A DNA stretch of 55,069 bases from Candidatus Hodarchaeota archaeon (GCA_029856365.1 JAHQWW010000014.1:1-55069); one strand, 5' to 3'. Shown: positions 1 through 10,550, counted from the stretch's first letter. Notes: generated by a model not told the origin, from the sequence alone. Made by a program: numbers and translations.

Positions 1-261
1 ATAACCTTTTAACAGGAAATCACACTCACCCCTACTCCCTCTCTTACGTTCGGGGATAAAAGTTTCGAACACCTCTCTCAGAACTAAACAATAATCTAAA
101 ATTGACAATTGAAATAAGCCTTCAAGGACATTATAATCTAGATGAGGATGAGTAGTAGTTCATTTTTACCGTTAAACATGAATATTTAACTTGAGGAGAT
201 TTATTACTTAATAAGAAACTTCTTAATCAACTGTTTTGAAACCTTGAAGTTTAGTGATTCT

Positions 262-1128
262 ATGACTCAAAAATCTATATATCGTTCCCCTGCAGGAAAG
301 AAAGAATTATTAAATATCTATGATAAACATTTGAGTAATCTAAACAAACCTTTTGAAGATATTTATGTTCAAACCCGATATGGTAAGACTCATATTGTTA
401 ACATTGGCAAAAAGAATTCAATCCCCTTGATATGTTTACATGGAGGAAATTCAAACACTCCTGACATGTTAACGAGTAATTTACCATTGTTAGAGAAATT
501 TAATATGTTTGCTATTGATACTATAGGACATCCAGGGAAGAGTGATGAAACAAGACTTTCTTCAAACGATTTGAGTTATGGATTTTGGTTATTAGATGTT
601 ATTAATGAATTACAGTTTGAAAAAATCAACGTTTATTCTGGATCCTTTGGAGCAGGTATTGCTATTAGATTGGCAACTGTTACTCCTAAAAGAATTAATA
701 AACTGTCATTATTTGTACCTTCAGGAATTGCTAGTGGATCCATAAAGGATCAACTGAGATTATTGATACCATATTTTAGATTTAAATTATGTCATACAAA
801 TCAGAATCTAATAAAATTATCTAGCACTATAATGACAAGATTCGATGAAGAAAGAATGGAATTACTTCAAGCAATCTTCAAGCATGTGAATATCAATCCA
901 AAAATGCCTCGTCCTGCATATAATGGTGAATTAGATGATTTAAAGGCTCCTACCATAGTTATTGCTGCAAAAAATGACATTCTATTTCCTGCTTCAAGGA
1001 TTATTCCTCGTGCTAAAGAAATTTTCCCGAATTTAATCTACACAGAAATAATAGAAGGTTTACATGAGCCAACAGAGGAAATCTATAATCATATCCACAA
1101 AATAACAACTGATTTTTTCTTTGAATAA
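262..1128 (+). CDS. alpha/beta-fold hydrolase
   Basis: LHGG oxyanion motif, DTIGHPGKS, nucleophile elbow SGSFG, late D and H (KND, GLH). ATG at 262 preferred over TTG at 244. Confidence 0.85.
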   Translation: MTQKSIYRSPAGKKELLNIYDKHLSNLNKPFEDIYVQTRYGKTHIVNIGKKNSIPLICLHGGNSNTPDMLTSNLPLLEKFNMFAIDTIGHPGKSDETRLSSNDLSYGFWLLDVINELQFEKINVYSGSFGAGIAIRLATVTPKRINKLSLFVPSGIASGSIKDQLRLLIPYFRFKLCHTNQNLIKLSSTIMTRFDEERMELLQAIFKHVNINPKMPRPAYNGELDDLKAPTIVIAAKNDILFPASRIIPRAKEIFPNLIYTEIIEGLHEPTEEIYNHIHKITTDFFFE

Positions 1129-1300
1129 AATAATCCTTAATATAAATTTCTCAATAGTATATCTTCTTCATCAGGTTTTGCCTTTTCTTAAATAAATGTA
1201 CATTAAACAAGATGTACATACTTGTAATAATTATATTAATATGCCTCAATGAAAATGTTTAAATTGCACAATTTTCACAATTCAATTTTCCCTTTAGTTT

Positions 1301-1771
1301 TTGGATAGTATGTTCATGATAACTCTTAGAGATTCTATAGAAATTAGAACATCACCTGAAAAAGTATTTAATGGCTTGATTAAAGTTTTTTCTTCACAGG
1401 AATATTTTAAAAAATGGCATAAAGACCATGTAAAATGTAGTTGGATTAAAGGTCAGTCTTTCGTGGTAGGCTCAATTCTTTATGTGGAGGAGTATTTACA
1501 TGGCGAATTGCATAAAATGAAATTTCTAGGTACAAAAAAAGAGTTAAACAGAAAAATTGAATATAAACTTCTATTTCCCATGTCAATTGTATGTCCTAAG
1601 GGTTCTTTTATTATAGAACCAACGGAAAGAAGTGCTATCTTTACTGCTACTCTTTCTTTTAGGTTTGGTTTGCTCTTCCAAAAATTAGCTAAAAGTAGAG
1701 TTGAAGCTATTATAAAACATATGAAGGAAGAAGGTCAAAATCTTAAGAATATCTTAGAAAATGAAATATGA
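1301..1771 (+). CDS. SRPBCC (START/Bet v1-like) family protein
   Basis: 'DSIEIRTSPEKVF...WH' N-terminus and C-terminal helix 'HMKEEGQNLKNILE'. Start may be a downstream ATG. Confidence 0.75.
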   Translation: MDSMFMITLRDSIEIRTSPEKVFNGLIKVFSSQEYFKKWHKDHVKCSWIKGQSFVVGSILYVEEYLHGELHKMKFLGTKKELNRKIEYKLLFPMSIVCPKGSFIIEPTERSAIFTATLSFRFGLLFQKLAKSRVEAIIKHMKEEGQNLKNILENEI

Positions 1772-1826
1772 GAAAAGCTTTTTTTCTTTGTACTCTGATC
1801 CATAATATTATCAAAATAGTGTAGTA

Positions 1827-2182
1827 ATGGGTGATGGAACAGATGCAGGAAGAATCCATTTAACTGGATCGGATTGTCCTTTTTCTATCAAAGTCCATAA
1901 TCATACACTAGTGATTTTTGAAGGAAATAGCGACTCTGCAAGGATATAACCTTCATAGCTGTACTGAAAATTCCTGAAACAATTTCATACCGTATTATTT
2001 TAGCGAGCTCCACCACAAGCACTCCCTCAACAACCAAAACAATTGTTCCCACAACCAACTCGTCTTCACTGTTTACAACCACTTATATTGAATCCTTCCT
2101 TACATCGGGATTTTCCCTTCTAGTAGTTACAATATTGGTAATCATGAAAGGATCAATTCACATAAGAGGTTATCTATTATGA
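1827..2182 (+). pseudogene. frameshifted remnant of a C-terminally anchored surface protein
   Basis: ATG1827..TAA1949, then another frame reads 'KDITFIAVLKIPETISYRIILASSTTSTPSTTKTIVPTTNSSSLFTTTYIESFLTSGFSLLVVTILVIMKG...YLL*': S/T-rich linker, GF, hydrophobic tail. Confidence 0.55.
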
Positions 2183-2255
2183 TTCAAGTAATTTAAAAAA
2201 GCCTAATTGACAGTTTTTTGGGAAATTGAAGCTTAAATTTATCATTATTAGTGTA

Positions 2256-2729
2256 TTAAAATGTTAGCTCATCTAACAGTTTTTCATAGTCCTCTTGGGA
2301 AAGTTCTACTGATTTTTCAATTATTTCTTGTTGTTTCGTTTCAATCTTCTCTGCTGCTTTCCAAAGATCCAGTTGTTGAGAAATCTTGTCACTTAATGAC
2401 TTGAGAGATACTTTTAACTTCTTGATCGATACATTCTTATAGGTTATAACAATTAAAACATGTTCCTTGGTAACACCAAATAAGCACAGATTATTCTCTG
2501 GGAAATCTGCTAAGCTTAATCCTAGTGGACCAAGTTTCAATTCTGACATACCTAGATATAATGCAGTAGAAATTGAAGCAAATCCCTCAAAATCTGATTG
2601 ACTACCAGTTTCTACAGTCACTTTTGATATTATCAATCCAGTTACGTCTGAAAGCATTATTTGCTTTATCCCTGGAGTTGATCTCATGAATTTCACTAAA
2701 AGATCATTAACAGCATTATTAATATCCAT
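2256..2729 (-). CDS. roadblock/LC7 (MglB/LAMTOR-like) domain protein with C-terminal acidic helix
   Basis: 'PGIKQIMLSDVTGLIIS...FASISTALY...LG.L...' roadblock pattern over about 120 aa, plus tail. Confidence 0.8.
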   Translation of the reverse strand: MDINNAVNDLLVKFMRSTPGIKQIMLSDVTGLIISKVTVETGSQSDFEGFASISTALYLGMSELKLGPLGLSLADFPENNLCLFGVTKEHVLIVITYKNVSIKKLKVSLKSLSDKISQQLDLWKAAEKIETKQQEIIEKSVELSQEDYEKLLDELTF

Positions 2730-2827
2730 AATTCATCCATATCTATAATTCCTTAATATTCTTTTTTGCATATTTCAGTAAATCTTATTTTTTCCTATTG
2801 ATGTTTGCAAATTCGGAGTAAGGGTTA

Positions 2828-3703
2828 ATGACAAGCATATCAAATATAGATCTTGCTGCTCAGAAGTACATTTCTAACCCTGAGATTGATGTAACTCTTG
2901 AGTTAGCTTTGAAGTTAAAACGACCCATCCTAGTTGAAGGTCCTGCAGGAACAGGTAAAACAAGTGTTGCTATCTCCATGGCACAGGCATTAAATTGGAA
3001 GTTATTCAGGATCCAATGTTTTGAGGGGATTACATTTGAAAGTGTCATTGGTGAGTTTGATTACAAGCGTCAGCTCCTCCACATTGAATTAGAAAGGCAA
3101 AAACATACCTCGTCGAGCCCAAAGGATTTAGAGGACATTTTTTCAAAAAAATTTTTCATTGAACGACCACTATTTCTCTCTTTTATCGAAAATGACCCCA
3201 ATGTATTGTTGATAGATGAAATCGATAAATCCGATGAAGAATTTGAAGCATTTCTTTTAGAAGCTCTTGGGGAGCGTCAAATAACTATACCAGAATTAGG
3301 AACATTTCATTCAAGTAATGAAAACCAAATTGTGATATTAACTAGTAATTCTAGTCGAGATTTAAGCGAGCCTCTACGTAGACGATGTCTTTACTTGTAT
3401 ATTGATTTTCCTACCCCTGAACGTGAACGTCAAATCCTTGTAACCCATACCGGAAAAAATTTTGATGATCCACTTCTTAAAAGTATTACAGGAATTGTAC
3501 ATCAGATCCGACAATACGATCTCCGTAAAGTTCCTTCCATTGCCGAAACGATTGATTGGGCGAAAGCATTAGTACTTCTAGGAAAGGAACATATTGATGA
3601 ACCAACCTTGAAGGGAACAATAACTGTCCTCTTGAAGTACCAGGAGGATATAAGCCGATTAGAAAGTCAAATGAAAGAGATTATTCGTCTAGGTTCAACA
3701 TAA
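2828..3703 (+). CDS. MoxR-family AAA+ ATPase (CoxD-like)
   Basis: GPAGTGKT Walker A, RIQCFEG, LLIDEIDK Walker B, LSEPLRRRC. Confidence 0.92.
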   Translation: MTSISNIDLAAQKYISNPEIDVTLELALKLKRPILVEGPAGTGKTSVAISMAQALNWKLFRIQCFEGITFESVIGEFDYKRQLLHIELERQKHTSSSPKDLEDIFSKKFFIERPLFLSFIENDPNVLLIDEIDKSDEEFEAFLLEALGERQITIPELGTFHSSNENQIVILTSNSSRDLSEPLRRRCLYLYIDFPTPERERQILVTHTGKNFDDPLLKSITGIVHQIRQYDLRKVPSIAETIDWAKALVLLGKEHIDEPTLKGTITVLLKYQEDISRLESQMKEIIRLGST

Positions 3704-3716
3704 TGAGGTTTGGATA

Positions 3717-5132
3717 ATGGGAGTAATTTTAGACTTCATAGCATTATTGCGTTATCTTGGTTTGCCTATCTCCCCAGATGAAACCATAACTGCTCAGAAA
3801 ACTTACCAAATTTTAGGGGTACAAGAAAAGGAAACATTACAGTTTGGATTGAAAGCATCTATTGTGAAGAAACGAGAAGACTTTCACATTTTTGATGTTG
3901 CCTTCGAGTCTTTTTTCACTCATCAATCAGCTAATATTCTAACGGATCAGGATCTTGAATCATACGAACGTGCAAAAAGTAGATTCATTGAACGACTAGA
4001 AGAAACACGCCTTCTAGAAATTGGAGTCATGTTGCTAGAAAACCAAATAGATCAAGCAGTTCAACAAGTAGAAAAAATAATGACCCAAGAAGCAGCCACC
4101 TCATCAGGTCAATCAATGAGTAGATTCATAGATCTCCAGAATAGTCTTCAGAGAGCATTTCGATTAGCATTTGGAGTTAGGGTACCTATCCGTGACTTAA
4201 CACCAAGTCAACGTCAAGATTTACCTTCAGAAACTATTAGAATGGGAACAAATCTCCAATTGTTCAAGCAGGTGATGATTAAAACGTTTCAAAATCAACT
4301 TCAAGAAAATTTAAACGAGTTAGAACGATTACAACAAGAAAATCCAGCAGAAATATCGCCTATAGACTCTTTCTTACACAAGGACCTTTCTTACCTTTCT
4401 ATATCTGTTACAAATGTGAAAGAACAGCTTATCGAAATGGGTTGCATTCTAGCTTCCCGGGAGAGACGACGTCGAAAACGTGCGAAGTATGGAAAACTTG
4501 ACTTTAGGCGGACATTTAGAAAAAATTTGGCTAATAATGGTGTTCCTGTTGATTTAGTACAAAAGAAAAAAAGAATTCAGGATCCTGAAGTAATCATTCT
4601 GAATGATGTCTCAGGATCCACAAGGTGGGTGGCAGATTGGTTTTTTGTGATTACTTATGCAGCTCGAAGTGTCTTTAAGAAAGTTAGAATATTTGAATTT
4701 GACAATACAATGGTAGAAGTTTCTGCAGCTCTAGAACGGAAAACAATTGATCGGGCACTAGAAGAAAGAGATCTATGTTGGGAAAAAACACTCCGACCAA
4801 GAAGAATTCACTCAGATTATCAAAGTTCATTGGAAGATTTCTTCCTTTTAATAAAATATCGACCAATTTCACGACGTACTACGGTATTAATTCTTGGGGA
4901 CTGTCGTGATAATGAGGGAATGTGGAATGCCACGAGACCAATCAGTGCAGAATTGTTAGAGAAGATAGTTTTACCTGCAAAAAGAGTTATTATCCTAAAT
5001 CCTGAAAATAAATCTTTATGGAATACAGGTGATTCAGTAGTTCAATACTACGATACCATAGGCGCAGAAGTATATCATATGGAGACTTTAAATGATTTAG
5101 TGAGATTCGTGTTTGAACTGAAGCATAATTAA
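3717..5132 (+). CDS. VWA-domain protein (CoxE-like), MoxR partner
   Basis: GKLDFRRTFRKNL, MIDAS DVSGS, ILGDCRDN, LNPE...W.TGDS; directly follows MoxR gene. Confidence 0.9.
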   Translation: MGVILDFIALLRYLGLPISPDETITAQKTYQILGVQEKETLQFGLKASIVKKREDFHIFDVAFESFFTHQSANILTDQDLESYERAKSRFIERLEETRLLEIGVMLLENQIDQAVQQVEKIMTQEAATSSGQSMSRFIDLQNSLQRAFRLAFGVRVPIRDLTPSQRQDLPSETIRMGTNLQLFKQVMIKTFQNQLQENLNELERLQQENPAEISPIDSFLHKDLSYLSISVTNVKEQLIEMGCILASRERRRRKRAKYGKLDFRRTFRKNLANNGVPVDLVQKKKRIQDPEVIILNDVSGSTRWVADWFFVITYAARSVFKKVRIFEFDNTMVEVSAALERKTIDRALEERDLCWEKTLRPRRIHSDYQSSLEDFFLLIKYRPISRRTTVLILGDCRDNEGMWNATRPISAELLEKIVLPAKRVIILNPENKSLWNTGDSVVQYYDTIGAEVYHMETLNDLVRFVFELKHN

Positions 5133-5167
5133 GATATTGTCATGCACATTCGTGGTTTCATACACCT

Positions 5168-5677
5168 TCATATCTCCAAACGAACAATAAATATGATATT
5201 TCCTATAATAAATCCGAATATGCATAGTGAATAGATTAATGTTCCTGGAACAATTCCATACAATGGATTACCAACTCCCAAAGGATAAAGTAAATCCATT
5301 TCACTATATAAAGGCGCATCAAGGATAATATGAGAGAAAGTTCCAAGAAAAGCGCTGAGAAGAGAGCATCCTAAGGAGTATTCAGGAAGTGAGAAGGGCA
5401 GATTCAATTGAAACTGCTCAATTAACTGCGGGAATAGATACTTAAAACAAAACCATGAGCTTATCCCAGTAAGTAGGCCTAAAAATAAGGCTCCTGTGAA
5501 TGAATGTAGAGGACCATGAAGAGGGAGCCCCATCCCTGGCAGAATAAACCATGCGGTGATTCCTTCGATATCTGGGATAACACTCCCAACAAAAAGGGCT
5601 ATCGGGTCTAAGAAAATCAGTAAAGCTTGGATAAGTATACTGATTCCCCAATGAAAAGGTGTAAATGGCAATTTCAT
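5168..5677 (-). CDS. membrane-bound metal-dependent hydrolase-like protein (YdjM/DUF457-like)
   Basis: PFTPFH, IPDIE, HGPLHS, SHIILD motifs. Start placed at ATG 5677 (or TTG 5671) rather than 5824. Confidence 0.75.
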   Translation of the reverse strand: MKLPFTPFHWGISILIQALLIFLDPIALFVGSVIPDIEGITAWFILPGMGLPLHGPLHSFTGALFLGLLTGISSWFCFKYLFPQLIEQFQLNLPFSLPEYSLGCSLLSAFLGTFSHIILDAPLYSEMDLLYPLGVGNPLYGIVPGTLIYSLCIFGFIIGNIIFIVRLEI

Positions 5678-5883
5678 CCTCTCTTTTTTTTTAGATATCT
5701 TTTCAGATAAAAATATTCCTAGCATCTCCTCTCCAAGTAATAAATCATTAACTGTTAATTTTGGCAAATTTTTGTAATATTGCAAAGTATAATATAAAAC
5801 AAAAAATACACGCGTAAAATACATTTTTGTACACTATTATGGTTACTATGAGCGCATAGTCATTTAATTCAGGTGTTGAATTA

Positions 5884-6642
5884 GTGGTATATACACTAGC
5901 AGTCATCTCAGATATTCACGCGAATATAGTGGCATTGGATGCTGTACTGAAAGACATTGAAAATAATTTCCCAGAAGTGATAGAATATTTATGCCCAGGA
6001 GACCTTGTTGGATATGGACCTAACCCTACTGAAGTGATTACTAGAATAATCAAAGAAAAATTTGTAGCAGTAACAAAAGGTAATCATGATCATGCTATAG
6101 GAGGTGGAGGCAGGGATATCGCTAATTTCGATAAATATATTAGCAATTTTAATAGATATGCTCAACAAGCAATTAAATGGCAAGCTCAAAAATTAACCCC
6201 TGAAGAAAAAACATTCCTATATCAATTACCCAGTTCACGAACCGTCTCTCACAAGAGCTATGAGATCAGCATTTCTATAATACATGGTTCCCCCCAATAT
6301 CCATTGGATGAATATATTCGGCCGAATACTCCTCAACAAAAGGATCTTTTCTCATTCATGGAGCTATTCGAGATAGGAATATTACTACTCGGCCATACTC
6401 ACATCCCATTCGTTGATAAGAGTCAATCATCTGAAACAGGTCAAGATATTTTGATGTGTAATCCCGGAAGTGTAGGTCAACCTCGTGATAGGGATCCTAG
6501 AGCTAGTTATGCTGTTCTCGACTTAGAAACACTTTCAGCAGAGATAATCAGAGTCGATTATGATATTGACGAAGTAGTGAAAAGAATCAATGAAACTGGA
6601 TTACCTGCTTTTCTGGGGGAACGATTGCAAAAAGGAACATAA
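5884..6642 (+). CDS. calcineurin-like metallophosphoesterase (MJ0912/YfcE/Vps29 superfamily)
   Basis: SDIHAN, GDLVGYG, GNHD, HGSP, GHTH, NPGSVGQPRD all intact. Confidence 0.92.
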   Translation: MVYTLAVISDIHANIVALDAVLKDIENNFPEVIEYLCPGDLVGYGPNPTEVITRIIKEKFVAVTKGNHDHAIGGGGRDIANFDKYISNFNRYAQQAIKWQAQKLTPEEKTFLYQLPSSRTVSHKSYEISISIIHGSPQYPLDEYIRPNTPQQKDLFSFMELFEIGILLLGHTHIPFVDKSQSSETGQDILMCNPGSVGQPRDRDPRASYAVLDLETLSAEIIRVDYDIDEVVKRINETGLPAFLGERLQKGT

Positions 6643-6667
6643 TTCGATCATCGTGGTGCTTAACAAG

Positions 6668-7204
6668 ATGACAATAGAATTAGAAAATGATGTATGGTGC
6701 TTTAAAATCATTGTTGCTGGAGAAGCATCAGTTGGTAAAACTACTTTAGTTAATCGCTACATCGCTGGTAAGTTTACTTCCGAATATAAGGCGACTATAG
6801 GTGTAGACATTTTCACTAGAGAAGTAACTTTTCAAAAAAAAAATGATAATTTTCGCGTGAAGCTACTAGTTTGGGATATCGCTGGACAATCATTATTTCG
6901 GGCTTTTAGAAAGAAATTCTTTGAAAATGCTCGAAGTGCGCTTCTTGTATTTGATCTGACGGCACCTAACAGTCTAAATCAGCTTAATTCATGGATAAAG
7001 GATATTCACGAAGTAACTGGTGATGTACCTCTAATTTTAATAGGTAATAAATCAGATTTAAAGGAGCTCATTGAGGTTAAACCTGAAGAGATCAGTATTT
7101 TTATTGATCAACATCCAAATGTTGTATTAAATTTTAATACATCTGCTTTGACTGGCAAGAATGTCGAAGCAGCTTTTCTTGGGTTAATTTCTCAAATCAT
7201 ATAG
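6668..7204 (+). CDS. Rab-like small GTPase
   Basis: G1 GEASVGKT, G2 ATIGVD, G3 WDIAGQ, G4 NKSD, G5 SAL. ATG 6668 avoids overlap with the upstream gene. Confidence 0.93.
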   Translation: MTIELENDVWCFKIIVAGEASVGKTTLVNRYIAGKFTSEYKATIGVDIFTREVTFQKKNDNFRVKLLVWDIAGQSLFRAFRKKFFENARSALLVFDLTAPNSLNQLNSWIKDIHEVTGDVPLILIGNKSDLKELIEVKPEEISIFIDQHPNVVLNFNTSALTGKNVEAAFLGLISQII

Positions 7205-7362
7205 TGAACTACAGATATTCAGAATATTTCTTTTGCTATCAAATGCTTTTTTGGATTAAATCACAATAATTTTAAAATATATTTAATAAATATTTATAAA
7301 GAGGAGGAAGGTTAGAAGCTTAATCATCTGAAGGAAGGACAAGTAAACTCGAGGTATACTAA

Positions 7363-7875
7363 TTGAAATATAAGATAGTATTGACGGGAGACGGGGCGGT
7401 AGGGAAGACCTCGTTAATCAACCGGTTTGTTACTGGTTCTTTCACGGGGGATTATAAAGCCACAATTGGTGTTGCTATTACTTCGAAGAGCCTCGTTGTT
7501 CAAGATCAAGAAATTTACCTGCAGATTTGGGATATCGCTGGCCAGACACTTTTTCGACAGTTTAGAAAAAAGTTTTACACAAAAGCTAAAGGAGCTTTGT
7601 TAATCTTCGATTTAACAGTACCTAAAAGCCTAGATAATCTTTATTCTTGGATTGAGGATATTCAGGACATCACAGGAGAAATTCCATTTGTTTTAATTGG
7701 AAATAAGGTGGATTTAAAGGAATTACGAGCGATTTCTCAACAAGAAATAGCTGGGTTTTTGGAAGACAATATAAGTATTTCAGCTTACTTTGATACATCT
7801 GCACTCACTGGAGAGAATGTTGAGAGCGCATTTCATGAATTAGTCTCTCAAATCTCATCTTTTAATTATCAATAG
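7363..7875 (+). CDS. Rab-like small GTPase (tandem paralog)
   Basis: GDGAVGKT, ATIGVA, LQIWDIAGQ, NKVD, SAL; GAGGT Shine-Dalgarno-like sequence before TTG start. Confidence 0.93.
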   Translation: MKYKIVLTGDGAVGKTSLINRFVTGSFTGDYKATIGVAITSKSLVVQDQEIYLQIWDIAGQTLFRQFRKKFYTKAKGALLIFDLTVPKSLDNLYSWIEDIQDITGEIPFVLIGNKVDLKELRAISQQEIAGFLEDNISISAYFDTSALTGENVESAFHELVSQISSFNYQ

Positions 7876-8186
7876 TAAATAGTAAGCGGATATTCGCCTC
7901 ATAAAAACGAAAAATATGAGAAGGAAACATGTTGTACATATTTATGGTTGATTTCAATTTACAAGGTATCTAATATTGCGTTTCATAATTTTTTTTTACT
8001 GGAAAGAATATCTGATTCACATCTTTTTATTTCAATAAGATCCAGCTAACCATTCTTCTAATTCAAACAACAATAAAAGGAAATATCAAAGTTTTTATAA
8101 TATTCTCGTGTGTTAGTATATTGTCTAGTTTTACTAGTTTTATTGATTTAATTCTCTTTTTAGATAACAGGATTGTGTTATTAAAT

Positions 8187-10481
8187 ATGAGGATAGATGA
8201 TATCTCTGAAGATATCCCACCTCAATTTAAAAACCATGTAAAAGATCTTCTTAAACAATACAATAAGAAGTACAGAGATGCAATGAACGCGCTTCGTGAA
8301 AGTGAAGAGAAATACAGGATGTTATTTGAAGAAGCTCCAATCCTCATCATATTACTTGATACAAATGGTAGAATCATTGACTGTAATGATGTTACAGGAA
8401 CAATAACGGGTTTAACAAAAAAAGAAATACTAGGTAAGCACTATAAAAAAATAGGTATATTTTTAAGGCAAGATCTCCCTAAATATGTTACTCTCTTTGA
8501 TAGTTGTTTAGAAGGGTCTGATATAACCCCTATTGAAGTAAGAATAAGAGATAAAAATGATCGTATTCATTATCTTGAAGCATTTTCGACATTAATTTTA
8601 AAAAAAGATGAAGTTAAAACTATTCAAGTTATTGCTCATGACATTACAAAACGTAAACTTGCGGAGGAAGCCCTACAAACAAGTAAGGAGATGTACAGAA
8701 CCTTAGTAGAAACAATGAAAGATGCTGTGGGTATTCTTGATAACAATGGTTTAATCATCTATGCTAACAAAAGAACTTTCGAAATGCTAGGATATTCTCA
8801 AGACGAAGTACTTCATCATCCTGTCACAGATTTCTTGGATGAAGAAAACCAAGACATTTTGAGAAAGCAATTATTCAAACAAAGAGAAAGAATAATTGAA
8901 AATTATGAACTTAGATGGACACGGAAAGATGGTTCTAAAATCAACACTATTGTATCACCAAAACCTCAATTTCATGAAGATGGGACAATTAATACCTATT
9001 TTGCTGTAGTAACAGATATTACAGAATGTAAGCAGGCAGAGGAAGAGCTAGAAAGAACAAAAAATGAAAGAGAACAAATATTAAATTCCTTAGTTGAGCA
9101 TGTTGTATTCCAGGACTTACTACAGAGAGTTTTGTGGGCAAATAAATCTGCTTGTCAATCCGTTGATAAAAAACTTGACCAACTAGTAGGAAAATATTGT
9201 TATGAAATTTGGCCTCAGAGAAGAGAACCTTGCATTGGATGTCCAATCTTTAAAGCTATTAATACGAGAAAACCACAAGAGAATGAAATAACTACTCCTG
9301 ATGGAAGAATGTGGTTTATTCATGGTAGTCCTGTCTTTGATAATAATGGTAAGATTATTGGCGCAGTAGAAACAACATTAGAAATTACTAAACGCAAGAA
9401 AGCAGAGAATGAACTCCGTGAATCCAAAGAGAAATATAAGATGCTTGTTGAAAAACTAAGAGAAGGAGTTTTATTGGAGGATGTTGGGGGATTTATTTCT
9501 TTTGTAAACCCAAGAACAGCAGAAATGCTAGGTTATTCGGAAAATGAGTTATTAGGCAAACATTACAGTTTTCTTGTCCCAGAAGAGGAGCTCGATAAAA
9601 TTAAAGCTGAATCTTCAAAACGTGTGAAGGGAATTAGTAGTACTTATGAAGCAAGTCTATTAGCAAAAGATAACCATTGTATTCCAGTTATTGTCACAAC
9701 AACTTCAGTTATTTCCCCAGAAGGTGAATTTAAAGGAGCACTTTCAGTCTTTACTGACATCACAGAACGTAAACTAATAGAAGAGGAAAGGAGGAAATTA
9801 GCAGAAAAACAAAGAGAATTCATGGATCAGATTGCTCATGAGTTAAGAACTCCTCTTACAGTTATTAAAGGATATACCGAATTCCTTTTGACACGTGAAA
9901 AGAATACAGAAAATAAACATATCTTGAATACCATTATGAATAATGTTGCTCGATTAGAAGAACTAGGATCCAGTGTCAGTGACCTTTACCGTATTGAAAG
10001 AGGCAAATTTGAAGTATTTTTAGAAAAAATGGAGCTTTGTGGCTTTATATCAGAGTTTTTAGAACCTTATCGAAAGTTGTATGAAGGACAAATTTATTTT
10101 GATAGTTCTAGGTTAAAAAATCAAATTTTTATTTATGGTGATCCTAAAAGACTGAATAATGTTTTGAATAATGTTCTTGATAATGCAATTCGAAATACAC
10201 CACGTGAAAATAGAAGGATAAACTTGGAACTGAATCTTACTGAACAAAAAGTCGAGTTAATAGTAATCGATAATGGTGCTGGGATAAAACCCGAAAATTT
10301 AGATAAAATATTCGATAAATTTACGTCATTTCCGACCAAGTATGATATCACAGGAACAGGAATAGGCCTTTACCTTGCTCGGAAAATAATCAACGCCCAT
10401 AATGGATCGATAAGCGCATACAGTAAAGGAGAGGATCAGGGAACCGAAATTAAAATAAAACTTCCAAGAATGCGTAAATAG
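8187..10481 (+). CDS. cytoplasmic multi-PAS (4x) sensor histidine kinase
   Basis: Repeated PAS/PAC ends (HDIT, TDIT, LEIT, TDIT), H-box AHELRTPL, N-box DNAIR, DNGAGI, GTGIGL. ATG 8187 preferred. Confidence 0.93.
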   Translation: MRIDDISEDIPPQFKNHVKDLLKQYNKKYRDAMNALRESEEKYRMLFEEAPILIILLDTNGRIIDCNDVTGTITGLTKKEILGKHYKKIGIFLRQDLPKYVTLFDSCLEGSDITPIEVRIRDKNDRIHYLEAFSTLILKKDEVKTIQVIAHDITKRKLAEEALQTSKEMYRTLVETMKDAVGILDNNGLIIYANKRTFEMLGYSQDEVLHHPVTDFLDEENQDILRKQLFKQRERIIENYELRWTRKDGSKINTIVSPKPQFHEDGTINTYFAVVTDITECKQAEEELERTKNEREQILNSLVEHVVFQDLLQRVLWANKSACQSVDKKLDQLVGKYCYEIWPQRREPCIGCPIFKAINTRKPQENEITTPDGRMWFIHGSPVFDNNGKIIGAVETTLEITKRKKAENELRESKEKYKMLVEKLREGVLLEDVGGFISFVNPRTAEMLGYSENELLGKHYSFLVPEEELDKIKAESSKRVKGISSTYEASLLAKDNHCIPVIVTTTSVISPEGEFKGALSVFTDITERKLIEEERRKLAEKQREFMDQIAHELRTPLTVIKGYTEFLLTREKNTENKHILNTIMNNVARLEELGSSVSDLYRIERGKFEVFLEKMELCGFISEFLEPYRKLYEGQIYFDSSRLKNQIFIYGDPKRLNNVLNNVLDNAIRNTPRENRRINLELNLTEQKVELIVIDNGAGIKPENLDKIFDKFTSFPTKYDITGTGIGLYLARKIINAHNGSISAYSKGEDQGTEIKIKLPRMRK

Positions 10482-10550
10482 AACAGATTGGAAGAAATTT
10501 TTAATACGAATTTCTTAAGAGTAGAAATTAGCCAAACCTATTGAAGAATA

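Noticed and set aside
1-85. C-rich stretch at the window start as a mobile-element or RNA end
   Set aside because: Cut by the window edge; no repeat partner or motif found
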